Shown: positions 13,054-35,551, numbered from the stretch's first letter. The stretch is DNA of 64,000 bases from Amoebidium appalachense (GCA_963693365.1 CAVNZM010000006.1:11535355-11599354), one strand, 5' to 3'. Numbers and translations: made by a program. Notes: generated from the sequence alone by a model not told the origin.

Positions 13054-13819
13054 ACTCAGTCAAAAGAAAAAAAAGATTAATGAATTGCGTCGACATGCCG
13101 GTCTCCGCGTGGGCCTGGACCGACGGAACCGATTCGGAATTGGTTCGGAGTTGGGTAGAATCCGAATTACTTTTGGGGGGGAATGTGCTGTTTATTAACG
13201 ACATGTAGGTGAGCTGTGATGAGTTGTCGGCACCAAGGCCAACAATACTTCTACCCAACAAGATATACATATACTTTTTTATCGCGCTGTATCAGTCACT
13301 TCCCCCCTCCCCAGGCTTTGTTAGCGTTAACATGCTCGCGGCCGGGAACAAGTGATTTTTTTGAACCCCTACAGGTCTAAGGTGACCTTTGAGTTAGAGT
13401 CTGGCCAATGGGCGAAAAAATGGTGCCAGTAACCAATCACATCAGTGCCCCGCACATTAACCCTTGTCCAACACTCTGTGTCCAAAATTTCAAATAGATC
13501 TGTAAGTAAGACTGTAACACTGTTGGTCTGTTAGAATTCTAAGGTAGCTCTTATTTTTTGCACGGCCCGGAGAGCGGCTGATCACGTACGCGTGACTCAC
13601 CTGCCCTTGAAGCGAGCGTCGATTTGTCGTACATATGCATATGTGCTAATAACATTAGAGGGCACAGTCAGTACGTGCGCACGCCAGACCTGATCGAATC
13701 ATATGTGCACTGTTCATCTGATCTGATCTCTTGCCAAAACTGTTGATACCGAGTCGCAGGGCTGCCATGATGCAGCCCCGACCTGCCCCCCGGGGCCCCC
13801 CCGGGGGATCAGCTGCAGC

Positions 13820-13863
13820 CCTCTCTCTTTCTCAGCTCACACACATACACACACATACACACA

Positions 13864-13904
<41 letters not shown>

Positions 13905-14015
13905 ACACCTACCATGACGACGCACACACACATTCACACACACACACACACTCTCTCTCCCTCTCTCTCTCTCTCTCTAGATCTCTCTCTGTCGCCCCCC
14001 CCCCCCCCTCCCTAG

Positions 14016-14063
<48 letters not shown>

Positions 14064-14165
14064 CTCTCCCTCTCTCTCGAACTCTCTAGATCTCTCGCTC
14101 TCTCTCTCTCTAGATCTCTCACTGACTCTGAGACTCTCTCTCGACTCCCTCTCTCCCCCCCCGCC

Positions 14166-14204
<39 letters not shown>

Positions 14205-14281
14205 CCCCCCCCCCCCTCCCCCTCGCCCTCAGGCCCCCCCCCCCCCGTCGCCGCCGCGCCCCCCCCCCCCCTCCCATGGCC

Positions 14282-14324
<43 letters not shown>

Positions 14325-14350
14325 AGCTAGCCCGCCTCCAAATATTCTCT
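13820..14350. repeat. (CA)n/(CT)n/poly-C low-complexity tract
   Basis: Directly visible microsatellite and homopolymer runs. Confidence 0.9.
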
Positions 14351-15392
14351 CTCTTTATTTAGGCTCTGTCACTTCTTACTTAATCCAAAGAAAAGTTATA
14401 GTTTAACGTTCCGCGTCATCAAATGCATCTCTGCAAGGGCACATCTCTCTCTCCACCACCGAAGTCTACGGGTCTACCTCTGATCAGGTCACAGTGCACT
14501 AGTGAGTCATCATCGAGAACTTCTAAATTCGGCGGTCGTGATCATGATGGTGCTCTCATTTTAACACACACACATGCGCACTGTCTGGTCGGGTTTTATG
14601 GTACCAAGTGAACATACACGGTTAGCATGACAGAGGCCTGGTTGCTGTAGATAGAACATGAGCATGCGCATGTATGCACACGCTTATGCTGTATTCCAAG
14701 GCCTGCAACTAGATACATGTGTAGCCATAAGCAGATTGGATTGCAGTTGAGTGGATCGATCAGGCCTAGGGTAGGTAGTGACAAGAAGAACACCTACATA
14801 CATGGGTGCACACAAGTCCCTCATACACAAATTCTTGTATTTAATTACAGCTGAATATGCATAAACACAAAAGTTATCCGAGCTCGATACATAAACACAA
14901 AGTTTAACTTATCCGAGCTGGAGACATACACAAATACCTGATCACCGACACGGTTTGGCCATGGTCCAGCACTAGCCGGGGCCGGCACCCGTGCTGCTAC
15001 GTTTACTACAGTCAGGGCAACCCGCCCTAGCGTCCACACTATATACAGCTGCTGGGCCCTAGGCCCGCAGATCCGACTTGGGGCACACTGTGTCGAGAGC
15101 AGTGCAAGTATCAACATAAGTAGCATGCTGCATGTATCATCGACACAAGTCGTTAGCTGGTGTTGCTGTGTGTGCATGTGCAGCGCAAGCATAAACATAA
15201 CTAGCATGCTGCAAGTATCAACATACTGTTTAAGCATTAAAATAATCAGCACGTGGTGAACATTATGTGTGCATGTGCCGTTGACGTGTTAACATAATGG
15301 CATGTTCTGTGGTGTATGCCTGTGCAGTGCAAGTATTAATAACATCGCATGCCTTCATGTGCATGTGCATAATGCCAGTCCTAATTCAACGG

Positions 15393-23834
<8,442 letters not shown>

Positions 23835-26107
23835 CCTGCCCCTACACGTGCACACGCCGCCACGTGCACACACCCAACCTGCACCTGCACGTAATGAAAA
23901 GGCGCACAGACGGTCCGGTCCGACTATACACACCCAAACCCTATCACGGTGCTATGCTGCGGGCAGCCACGTTGTTGGCTATGTCTTATGTGTTTGCCGA
24001 TCCAATCTGCTACCCCAAATGTGCAGCAAGCATGTACACTGAACTTCAAAGTGTGCCCAATGGGCCCATAGAATGGCACAGTGCAAATATATCCAACACA
24101 CAAAGCAGATACTGATGGACGGCGATGAGTTATCCCGGAAATGTCACAGTGTAAGCCCGGCCATGACTTGTGTTTGTGACAGTGTTGTGTGGCTTATGAC
24201 AGCTTATTATACAACAAGTAATTGGAGCAGATTAATGTTCGAGGTTTTATAGGATATTTTTTGTTTGTCACAACACACAGGCATCCAGCAGCGTTGTTTA
24301 TATAGATACCGTAGATATTGGATATTTCTGGTGCAAGTTGTAATCTTCACCGAAAGCACAGTCCGACGTGCACGTGGGAGCTTCCGAACGCTTCAGCCCA
24401 TGCACACAAGCATTTGTGTAAAATAAAAAATAACGAAATGGACCACAGAAGTCCAATATATATGTATGTTTTTTTTTCTGATTCCATTTTTATTTTCAGC
24501 TTACAGGAAGTTACGAGGTGAACCTATGCTTACTGACGGTGTATACATTTACCTCCTGGTAGGCATGCATGCGCATAATGCAGCGCATTCACTAATTAAT
24601 TAATTAGACAGACGACACGAGGCTACCATATATGGCCTAAATAAGGTGCCAGGCTTTGCAGTGATTGGCTTATGCATGAAAATGCCAATGATTGGTCCAC
24701 TGCCTTGAGTTTGGAATTGTGAAGAGCCACAGCTGATTGGCTGTGAAAACCGTTTGATTTTTTCAGTTGACTCCATCTTCACGTGGCGACTCTGGCGAGC
24801 TCGCCGAGCAGATAAATGCATTTGCACAAGCAAACACAATCAATAAGCAGAAAAAACATGTTGGCCCACAAAACGTGGGCGCTGTGCTTTGTGCTCCGAA
24901 TACAACAATTTACATTCCCGGCCGGCAGGCTGCAGCATGCGGTGTCAACGCCTGTTTGGCGCCATACAGTAGGGTGTGTGATTTTGATCACTGATTGATT
25001 GACTGAGTCACTCTCTGACTAAGTAGCATGTGCACGGTACTATACGGTATGATGTACCGTGGCTACGGCGTGGCACATGGGGCCTCCTACGTACAGACAA
25101 CTTCGTCCATATATATATCGGGGGGGGAGGCATGTGTACAACTGCACACACGTATAAGAAAAAAGATGGTCAGGCGGCCTCAGGCCTACAAAAAAAATAC
25201 TATCGCACTGCGTCGCAGCCAGCTGCAGCCGCAACCTGCGCACTTCGGAATTCCGGATCCAGTGCGTGAAAGCAGCCTTGCGCAACTTGCAGTGCTGCAG
25301 CTAACACGTACTGACGTGTTGCCGCACGTGCGACGTTTTAACATCTACTTAGGCGCTTTTAAGAAAAAAAAAAAAAAGGAAAAAAAAAAAAAAAAGGAGA
25401 CACCGCCTCAGTAGGTGGTAGGTGCTGCAGCAACCCTGCACAGCTGGCCCCTGCAGCTGCTTGCCCAGCCCCTGCTTGCACAGAGCCATTATCTAAGTCC
25501 GTGGGCTTGTAGATTACTCTTTGCAGGGCTAGGAACAAAAATGCTTGCTGTGTATCCACAGGCCCATTCTTGACTCTGGCGTTGGTCCATATGTACACCA
25601 TAGGTGGGCGAACAGCACAATTGCTTTTGGGCGGAGAACTGACAATCCAAGTGAATTTGAACATCGACTGGCCAAAACGAAAAGAAACTTCGATGATTCT
25701 TTGCAGCTCAACTGGGAGAGAGGGGGCCGGGAGAGACCCTTGCCCACGACCCTTGGGAAGGAGGGGTTGTTCAGGGCCTGGATCCGGAGAGCCCCTGGGG
25801 AGGTTTGGAGGGGGGGGGGGGGGGGGGATGGGGGGGGGGGGGGGGGGGGGAGGGTTGAGTGGAGGGGGCACGTACGTTCAAGTTTGGTGGTGGAGTAGAC
25901 TCCGACGAACAGACCTGTCGTCACAGCGCAAGGCAAAAAAACGTGAGCGGACTTGAGAGACATACCTGACGGCTACCGTACAATACTAAGGCGCTCTGAA
26001 CCTCGTGTCTGTATTGTGGCCCACACGGTTCAAACGATGCACAAAACTTCTGTACGACCCGTTTAGGTGCGTATCCGTGCCACACACCAGCACCTCTTTC
26101 TTTCGCC

Positions 26108-26109
<2 letters not shown>

Positions 26110-26180
<71 letters not shown>

Positions 26181-26203
26181 ACCTCCATCTCACTCGTCGC
26201 CAA

Positions 26204-26290
<87 letters not shown>

Positions 26291-26318
26291 CCCCCCCCCC
26301 CCCCTTCGAGTGCCCTTC

Positions 26319-26352
<34 letters not shown>

Positions 26353-26697
26353 CCCCTCTCCCTCCCTTTCCCTGCCTGTCTTCTCTCTCTCCCTCTACCT
26401 TCCTCTCTTCTCTCTCCCTCACTCTCTCTCTTTCTCTCTCTCTCTCTCCGTCCCTCCCCTTCGTCTCTCGCTTTCTCTCTCTGTCTCTCTATCTCCCCAC
26501 CCCCTCCCCCCCTTCTCTCTCCACACTCTCTCCCTCCCTCAGGGGCCCCCTCTCTCACCCTCCTCCCCCTTGTTTTCTCGAGCGTCTCTCTTCTCTCTCT
26601 CTCCCTCTCCCCCCCCCCCCCCCCTCCCCCCCTCCCTCAATGTCTCTCCTCCCCCCCCGACCCCCTCTCTCTCCCCCTTCACACACACACGCTCTCT

Positions 26698-26770
<73 letters not shown>

Positions 26771-26848
26771 CTTCTCTCTTTCGCTCCTCGTTTCTCCCTC
26801 TCTCTCTCTGCTCTAGGTCTCGTCTCTCTCTCCCCACCCCCCCGTCTC

Positions 26849-26889
<41 letters not shown>

Positions 26890-27050
26890 CCTCCCTCCCT
26901 CCCTCCCTCCCTCTCTCTCTCTCTCGTCTCTCTCTCTCTCTCTCTCTCTCTCCCCTCTCCCCCCCCCCCCCCTCTCTCTCCCCCCCCCCTCTCTCTCTCT
27001 TCACTCTCTCTCTCTCTCTCGTCCTCTCCTCCCCACCCCCCCTTCTATCT
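26110..27050. repeat. ~0.94 kb polypyrimidine (CT)n tract
   Basis: Almost entirely C/T on the + strand. Confidence 0.95.
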
Positions 27051-27733
27051 CTGTCATGCTTGCACTCTGTCTCTCGCCTCTCTTCCCGAGCCCTCCGACC
27101 TCCGTGATGGCCTAGTCCTCCTTACCCCTTTCTCCCGTTGGACCTCTCCTCTCGGTCCATGCAACCACTTATCCCTTCGGCCACTCTCGGTTGTATATGT
27201 ATATGCAGAGGTGTGTGTGCATGCATCTGCCGACAAGTGTGTCACGGTATGCGTTTCCCAAACTCAGTACTGAAGTGTAGACTGTGCGTTTCCGTGGCAT
27301 GGTGTGCCTGTGCAAGCTTGCAAGCAAGTTTGCCCTCTAACGGGTATAACGGGCGAGCCCACAAGGATTGGCTGGAGCCGGTGGGGGGGTTGGGATCGGA
27401 ATCATAGGCGCCAAGCCCCCACCGTTGCTGCCCCCTCCATCACCCCCCCAACGGTCTTGTAAATGCTTCTACTGATTGGACATTACTATGCCTATTAAGA
27501 ACTTTAAAATATGATACCCAATCGTTCGCCTTACATCAGATTTAGTTGAAAGGAGCAAAAACATTGCGCACCCCTTGCGTGTGCAAATAAGCTGTGCCCC
27601 CCCGTTCCGTTGGCTGCATAACGCCCCCTCGTTCTCTTTGTGCACACCAACTTTGAACTTGAGCAACTGACCAAGCAACTGTTTTCAACGGTAACACAGC
27701 ACCCAACAGCCCTGCACACACGTAGCCGGCACC

Positions 27734-28450
27734 ATGCCGCCCACCAAGTGTATGCACGGCGTTGTGCGGCGCAAGTGCACGGAGTGCGGAGGCGGACGGC
27801 TGTGTGCGCACGGGGTGGCGCAGAACAGCTGCCCCGAGTGCGGCGACAGCTTCACGTGCGTGCACGGCAAGGTGCGGCGCCAGTGCCGCGACTGCAAGGG
27901 CAGCGCCTTCTGCGAGCACAACCGCCGCCGCACGCGCTGCATGGTGTGTGGGGGCGGCAGCCTTTGCCTGCACGGGCGGCGCAAGGAGCGCTGCAAGGAC
28001 TGCGGGGGCAGCGCCTTCTGTGCGCACGAGAAGAGGAAGGACAAGTGCCCGGACTGCGCAGGCACCGTGCGCCAGTGCGAGCACGGAAAGCCCGAGACCC
28101 GCTGTGGCCGCTGCCGCCCACGCGGGCCCGCCCGGCCGGTGGACACGACGTGCAGGCAGTGTGCAGGCACAGGGCGCTGCCCACACTGCGACGGGGTGGG
28201 CCACTGTGACGTACTGCTGCAGACACGCAAGTGCGCCGTGTGCCGCGCACACGCACGCGACAACTCGTACCTGCACACGGCAGACCCCTTCCCGTTCCTG
28301 GCCCTCAGCACCCTGCCGGCCCTCAGCCAACCCACCGGCGACGACTCTGGGCAGGAGGGCCTGCCGCCCCCCGTGTTCCACATGCAGGCCACCCCCCGCA
28401 CGGTCAAGGTCAACAGGTTCTTGCTGTGGGAGAATGCTGGCATGTCGTGA
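27734..28450 (+). CDS. Intronless Cys/His-repeat (putative zinc-binding) protein, 238 aa
   Basis: ACCATG start; about seven 18-aa repeats C-x-H-G-x(2)-R-x(2)-C-x(2)-C-G-G, followed by CxxCxGxGxCxxCxGxGxC (DnaJ-like Zn motif). GC3-rich codon usage as in host exons. Confidence 0.8.
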   Translation: MPPTKCMHGVVRRKCTECGGGRLCAHGVAQNSCPECGDSFTCVHGKVRRQCRDCKGSAFCEHNRRRTRCMVCGGGSLCLHGRRKERCKDCGGSAFCAHEKRKDKCPDCAGTVRQCEHGKPETRCGRCRPRGPARPVDTTCRQCAGTGRCPHCDGVGHCDVLLQTRKCAVCRAHARDNSYLHTADPFPFLALSTLPALSQPTGDDSGQEGLPPPVFHMQATPRTVKVNRFLLWENAGMS

Positions 28451-29364
28451 AGCACACGGCCACGTGCACACACACACAGGGTTGCCGCACGAACACACTT
28501 GCAGGGAGCCAAGCACTTGCGCACATACACTCGCACAAATGTCTCGTCTCTTTAACTTTGTTTAAGGACTGAACACTTGGGAGCCTTAGAAGCCGAGTAA
28601 ATATTACACATTTTTGAAACTCGTGCAAGTGATTTGATCATAGCACATTCATATATACCTATTCATAGGATTTAGATACACACTTTGTTTTTAAACCTAG
28701 ACACAGGTCTGGACAGTAGCGATATAGACTCCTTGAAACCATTGGTTCCTTATTTGGGCATAAAGGTGTTGGGTGGGTGGGGAAACCCGTATGGGGGAAT
28801 CTGGTCTTTTCCGGGTGTAAAAGTCTGTTGGTTTATGGTTGGTTTTAGTGCACCAAATAAACAAAGGTATGGAATTATTTAATCGTGTCTCTGGCACACA
28901 GACAGGCACCCCCCCCCCCCCCCCCCCCCCCCTCCCCCGCAGTCCACCTGTGCACAGGTGTGTGTGTACGTGCCTGTTGAGGTGGCACGGGCTTCTTCCT
29001 CTTTGACTTCCCCCCCCCCCCCCCCCCCCCTCACACACACTTTAAGGAGGACAAAACCATGGATTTCATCGTCCCTGCCATGCTCTGATTGGCCTAAACG
29101 TATCACCAACTGACCAATAGCATTGCGCGCAGCAATTATGAATAACCAAAAAGGTTAGAAATGATATAGGGGTTTACGCTGTTTACTCGAGGCAAAGAGA
29201 ACCAGTCTCAGGTATGGGGGGGGGGGGGTTTGCTCGGAATATCCCCTCAGCGGTATATCATGATCACGTACATAGATGTCGGGTGGTGACTATATATCAG
29301 GGTTTACTTTCTCTACGAGACACCATAAAGACTACAAGGAGAAATCAATTAGTTGGGGTTCCCC

Positions 29365-29404
<40 letters not shown>

Positions 29405-29417
29405 GGGCTCCCCTCGG

Positions 29418-29436
29418 GACACTCGGTATCAGCTGG

Positions 29437-29472
<36 letters not shown>

Positions 29473-31441
29473 AAAAGGCAGCGTTGTGCCGCTTTGATTT
29501 TAATCGAGGCACGAAAGAGCATCTACAATATGATTGGCTAAGAGCTTGCGTCATCAGTCTCCCAAAACTTTTATGTTTGCCTGGCCAGTGGCACTCGTGC
29601 CGCCGATGTGTATCAAACATTTTCTGAATTTCGATATTAGGAAATTTTAGCCATGTAAATTTAGGTTACAAATATATAACTCTACATAAGTATTTAGGAT
29701 CATTGGGGATTGAAATTCTAACGATATATTGTGCAACTGTTACCCCGTTACAAAATCAAATGTCCCGAACGGCTGGTTACGCCATTACGATACGCCCCAC
29801 AGTTGAAGATCTGAGGGGAATCACATGTGGTTCATCATATGATAAATCACACCAGGCGAGCGATATCGATGGATTTTTTCTATATACTATTTTCTAATGT
29901 TCCCTCTTTTCAATGACTCTTCATTTTTATTTTCTTTTTCCCTAAATATCCCCTTTAAGAATATAATAGCTCGAGTAAAAAGTTTTTATAATACGTAATC
30001 TCCACTATGAAATGTACTATGTATAAACGTACCGGATTTGGTGCAGTTGGTTTTTCGGTCGCTGACGCCGAACCAACTGAGTTATAATTTTTCTGTACTG
30101 AGGGTTTCAAGAAAACACTATTTACATAATTATCATGCAAAATTTATGTCTTTAGCGGATAGTTGTGCTACCTTACAAGGTTCGATGTAACCCTGTTTTT
30201 CATACGAGTTTGGCCCGGAGACTGATCGCCGCAATTCCATGATTCCAGCTACCTTAAAGGTGAACCTTTAAAGAAGACGAATGGTAGCCATGCCAACTGT
30301 CCGGCGAATCCGACGTGTGTTCGAGTCCATCTCCCCGGTTTGGCAGGTGTTTGCTTGTATTTGCCTTATACATCCAATTGATATATATATATACATATAT
30401 ACATATATGTGTTGTGTGTGTGTGTGTGTGTGTGTGCGTATACTACCCCTCTCAACCCCCTCCTCCCCCCACCACCCCAAACACACACACACACACACAC
30501 ACACGTACCCACCTCCGACACACGTAAGCAAATACACCGTGCATGGATCCGCAGCCATGACTTTCCAGTACGGTAAACAATCTGATGCCTTTCCCGACAC
30601 GCACATTAATGCTTGTGAAGGGTGCTCTGGGACCTGCCGTCATAGCAATGCCTGCACAGATGCACACCACTGTAACGTGCATACATGCTAGCATACACAA
30701 GTCCATATGACACACACACGATGCCATGCCAGCACGTGTATTGTATTGCCCTCACACACCCTTGACATGGCGGGCATTTCCTGCCTCTGCTGCCTTCTCT
30801 TACAGTGTGGTTGTCGTTTACATGAAATCTGGAGCATGACCAATCGATCAGGTGAGTCTTCGAGGTGTCAGACAACGATGTTGGTCGTCGTTCACTCTTT
30901 TTTTTGTTTTTTTTATTTGGGGGGGGGGGGGGGGGGGGGGGAGGGGGGGGGGGGGGGAGGGGGGGGAGGGGGGGGGGGGGGGGAGACTCCGTAAGACACT
31001 CGGCATCAGAGTGTGTGCGCGTGCATGTGTGCACTGTGCGTGCTCGTGCGTGTGTGTGCTTGCATGCGTGTTCGTGTGTGCTTGTGCGTGTGTTTTTGTG
31101 CATGTGTGTGTGTGTGTTTGGGGGCGGGGCGGGAGGGGGGAGGCGAAACGGAGGGAAGGCAGGTGGTATTCTACGAGTGTTTGCATTCACACTGTTTTAT
31201 TGGCCAATCATAGCGCTAGCTATATAGGTCACCACCACGGGGGTAATAAGTATGCAACTAAAACCGTCACAGCCCCGTACGGTACATATGCATACCTGGC
31301 AGGCATTCAACCCTCTGCAGTATCGAACTAACGGTAGATATCCCAACTCATTTAGAGCTCCAACTTGAAGCCGGGGGAGTCTGGAGGCCTATGTAGGGGG
31401 ACTCGCGGTGGGTGGGTGGGTAAGTGGGTGGGTGGGTGGGT

Positions 31442-31473
<32 letters not shown>

Positions 31474-31527
31474 GGGGGGCTCGAGTGGTTGCCAATGGAT
31501 GGGCCGCGAGGGAGGGGGCAGGGGCAA

Positions 31528-31582
<55 letters not shown>

Positions 31583-31608
31583 GGCTACCGTAAGACACTC
31601 GGCATCAG
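29418..31608 (+). repeat. Three local copies of a ~20-bp motif GACACTCGG(C/T)ATCAG, each between a G-run and a GT microsatellite
   Basis: Copies at 29418-29437, 30989-31009 and 31588-31608; the last two are identical over 21 bp. Confidence 0.7.
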
Positions 31609-32142
31609 CTGGTGTGCGTACGTGTGTGCGTGCGGGGGGGTGTGGGCGTGTGATGTGTGTGTGCGTGGCTGCGTGGCTGCGTGGTTGGATGTACATGTGG
31701 GGGGGATAGTTTGAAATTCGGGGTTGTGTTTCTAAATGCGACCCATACCTTAGTATTGTTGGCCCGGGCACTGTGGCTTTATGATTATAACCTACTCTGG
31801 TGTTTGGCACTGCCAGCCAGTGGCCGGTATATTTATCAGTGGCCCGGGCAAGTGGCCATGCATGTGTTAATCATATAAATCTGATGGCTCTGTGGCCCGA
31901 ATAATATTACATACTGGCCCATGCCATGTCGGCACATACAGGGCATGGATGCATTCATGCAGATGGTGCGGGTAACATATCGTGCTGAGAGGGGGTGGTA
32001 TGAGCTGAAACTGTGGTGTGCACATAGGGTGGTGTAGAAAAGGTGTGCATGTGGTGGTGCTACGGAGCACGTGGTGATTGTGGTGTGAACGTAGGAACAT
32101 GGTGTTATTTTAGAGACACTCGTACATGGTAGCCCATGCAGC

Positions 32143-33096
32143 CTACGAGCCAATCACCATGGCCCCCACCAGCAACCACCCCATCCCCGCCATTGGCCCC
32201 CACAAACGTGCCGCACTTGCAGACCCCAGGTGATTTGGGGAGGTCGAGGGGTCGGCAGGGGGCAGGGGGTAGGGGGGTTTTGCCAGCAGGGGGATGGTGG
32301 CTGGGGCCGTGGGGGTGACGTTGACGTGGACGGTCCAGTCTGGCCCGTATGTCTCGGCCGCATACGGGCCGGACGGATACAGGGCCGACCCGACCCGGGA
32401 GGACAGCAGGGCCGTGCAGCTGGTGGTGCTCTGCAGGGCCACGTGCTGCCACGTGCCCTTTGCCACGTGGATGTGCCCCTGCAGCCCGCAGCCGTCCCGC
32501 TGCATGCGCTGGCGGTAGGCCGCGGCAAGACGGTCCATGGGCAGTGACGTAACAGGCAGGCCCGACACATATGACGTCAGCAGACCAAGGCCATGGTCGG
32601 CCCAGGCCGTCAGCAGGGACACGTTTGTGCCGGCATAGGGGCCGAAGATGAGATTTGATTGGTGGAACATGTACGGGTCGGCCCGGTACTGCAGCCACAG
32701 CAACACCGCATTCTGCGCCTGCCTGCAGGGGAGGTGGGTTGGTTAGAGGCCAGGTGATTGGCTGAATGTCTATGTACTGGTTGGTTGGTCGGGTTTACAC
32801 ACGATTTTTTCGGTTGGCTGTCATTGAATTGCAACACACTTGTTGGTTGCACACACACACACACACTGAGTGGTTGGGTTTACTCTCACCAGCTCAATTT
32901 GTCGGCCACCTGTGTGGCCCATCCGCAGCTAAATGCCCTTTTATGTGTTTGGGAGAGAGGGGGAAAATGGTGCCCGGGGGGGGGGGAAAGGGGGGTGGGG
33001 GGAGGAGAGGGGGAGGGGGGCGGGGGGGGAAGGGGAGGGGGGGTCATCATATTATGCAGCAAAGGGTTGGAAAGGGAAGAGAGGAGCGGGAAGGAG

Positions 33097-33127
<31 letters not shown>

Positions 33128-33248
33128 ATGATGCAGGCAAAGGCCAAAGGACGGGTGGGTGAGATTTTAAGAAGTGGAAGGACAAAGGGCTCGAGTGGAA
33201 GGAGTGTGTGGGGCACGGGGGCTGGTTTATAGCTTTTTTTTTTTTTTT

Positions 33249-33295
<47 letters not shown>

Positions 33296-33972
33296 GGACA
33301 GGGAACAGGGGGGGCGGGTGGGGAGGGTGGGTGGCGGGGGGAGGGGGGGGGCAGAGGGGGGGGGGGGGGGGGAGGAGAGGGCGCTATTAGTTCGCGTGTT
33401 AGGTCACATCCGGCAAGGGGAAGGGAAGGGCTAGGGAGGTGGCGCCGTGTTTTGTGTGTGTGTGTGTCTGTGGGTGTGGGAGGGGGGGAGGGGGGGAGGG
33501 GGGATTGCCCGAGTGCGTGTGGCTCCAAAGGGCGTACACAGCGCAGCGACAGAGAAGCACGAGGGCAGCAGGGGGGGAGGGGGGGGGGGGGGGGGGGGCT
33601 TGTGCCTGTCCATAGCCTCTTCAAAGGTGTAGTTGGTGCGGGTGCCACAGGGCGGGCCTGGGCTGAATGTGCAGACCTGGTTTGTGTTGTACCAGCGCAT
33701 GTAGAGGGGGGGTGTGTGCGTGCCAAAGGCCATGTTGGCTGCCTGGCGAGGTATTATGATGACGTCACTGACCCCGTACTCGGCATCGGTCATCATGATC
33801 CCGTGGTGGGGGGACACCTGGGGGGGGGGGGGGGGGGGGGGGGGGGTGGTAAAAAAGGCGACCGCGGTTTAGCTTTATGCTTGTAGGGCCTGGGCCAAGA
33901 GTTGATGGGTGGGCTGGACGGTTGGGTGTTGGGTGGTGGTGATGTTGTTTTTTAATTTTTTTTTTTTTTTTT

Positions 33973-34019
<47 letters not shown>

Positions 34020-35551
34020 AAAGAGGATACCAACGAGCCCCGGTGTTCACTAGGGATGGGTTCATTTGTACGCGTGTGAAGTGTTTGGGCCATGCGGAGA
34101 GAGAGGGTTGGGGGGGGGGGCATGCATGGGTGATAGGTGCTGCAGAGATCGGAGCCTTTGTTTCCCACACCACTACAGCATCATAGGGTACCATTGCGGG
34201 CTGTGGCCTATCCCACGTGTGCATCCAACCCTTGCATGCACTGTGTAGCTCTGGCACGCACCTTAGACACCAGCTCGGGCCGTGAGTTGTCCCCGACCAC
34301 AGCGCGTATGCCCAGTGCATGCATGGTCGTGGTGGCTGCTGTGTTCTTGGGCACGGGCCTGCCGCCCATGCCCGGCACCCACAGGCTCATGTTGTAGCTG
34401 GCTGGCCGCAGGCCGCTGATCTCGGGGGTCACCAGCGACCCGGGGGAGTAGTTTGTGTCCATCAGCTCGGGGTGCGCCCCAAACAGCTGCCCGGGGGGGC
34501 TGGGCTGCTGCGCGGCAGGAATGATGGGATTCGGGTCGACGGGCAGCCCACGGGCCAGCAACTGGTTGGCCCGAATCTCAAAGTCGATTCTTTGGGCTGG
34601 GGTGCGGCAGGTGCTCTCCTTGCCGTTGCACTCTGTGGGGAACAGCCAGTCGAGTTGCTGGTGGGTCCATGTGTGGCTGACCCAGTAGAAGGCCCCTAGG
34701 TGGCTGTTGCTGGCAGCATTGAGGCCCTCATCAACAATGCCTGCGCCATGGTCAGTATGCGTCCATATCCCTCAAAAATGGGGGGGGGCGGGGGAGCCTC
34801 AGGGAGGGGAGGGGAGAGGGAGGGGGGGGGGGGGGGGGGGGGGGAAGGGGGGCCAGCAGAGCCTAAGCACAGCAATCAGAAGGGAGTGGAAAGGGGGGGG
34901 GGGAGGAGGAGGCTGGTGCGTGCATCAGTCATAGGAGGTGGTGGTTTAGGGGTCAAAGGGTGTATGTGTGTGTGTGTGTGCCGGGGGGGAGGGGGGGGGG
35001 GGGGGGGGGGGGTTTGCGACTTGATAAGCAGCTGGGAAGATGTGCACTACGTGGGCATTCACAACACGTGCAACACACCCACTTAAGACTTAGACAGTGG
35101 CCCAGACAGACACCGGATAGACATGGGTTATCGTCAAGCAGGCACCTATGGCACTTGACACACTGCATGATATAAAGGTAGTTCACATTACCGGTTGACA
35201 TTTTAGACACCTACACAAACACAGTGATGCATACACCGTATCTCCCTTATCCCCCTCCCCCCCCCCCCCCCCCTTCCCCCCTCCCCCCTCCCCTTCCCCC
35301 CCCCTTAAAAAAAAAAAAAAGACACGCATACATACTAACCGTGCAATGCACATACAAAAGTTTGACTCGACATAAATGCAGGAGAAAGCATGCAAAGAGA
35401 TCACAGGTGCACGAGTGTGCGTGCAAGTCAAGCACACACACAACACACCTGCACATGCGCACACAATACCCCATCAACGTTCAGAGACACCAAATAAACA
35501 CATGCACACCACCTGTGGCACCATATACACACAGATCGACAGACACACGCG

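Noticed and set aside
24588-25015. Possible degenerate inverted repeats bounding ~430 bp
   Set aside because: Similarity is too weak to separate from chance by eye.
25391-25740. Coding-like fragment on the - strand (VELQRIIEVSFRFG...)
   Set aside because: No recognisable motif, start or splice structure; bounded by homopolymer runs.
27542-28565. Overlapping long ORFs in other frames around the Cys/His-repeat gene
   Set aside because: GC-rich shadow ORFs; only 27734-28450 has an ATG context and a coherent repeat motif.
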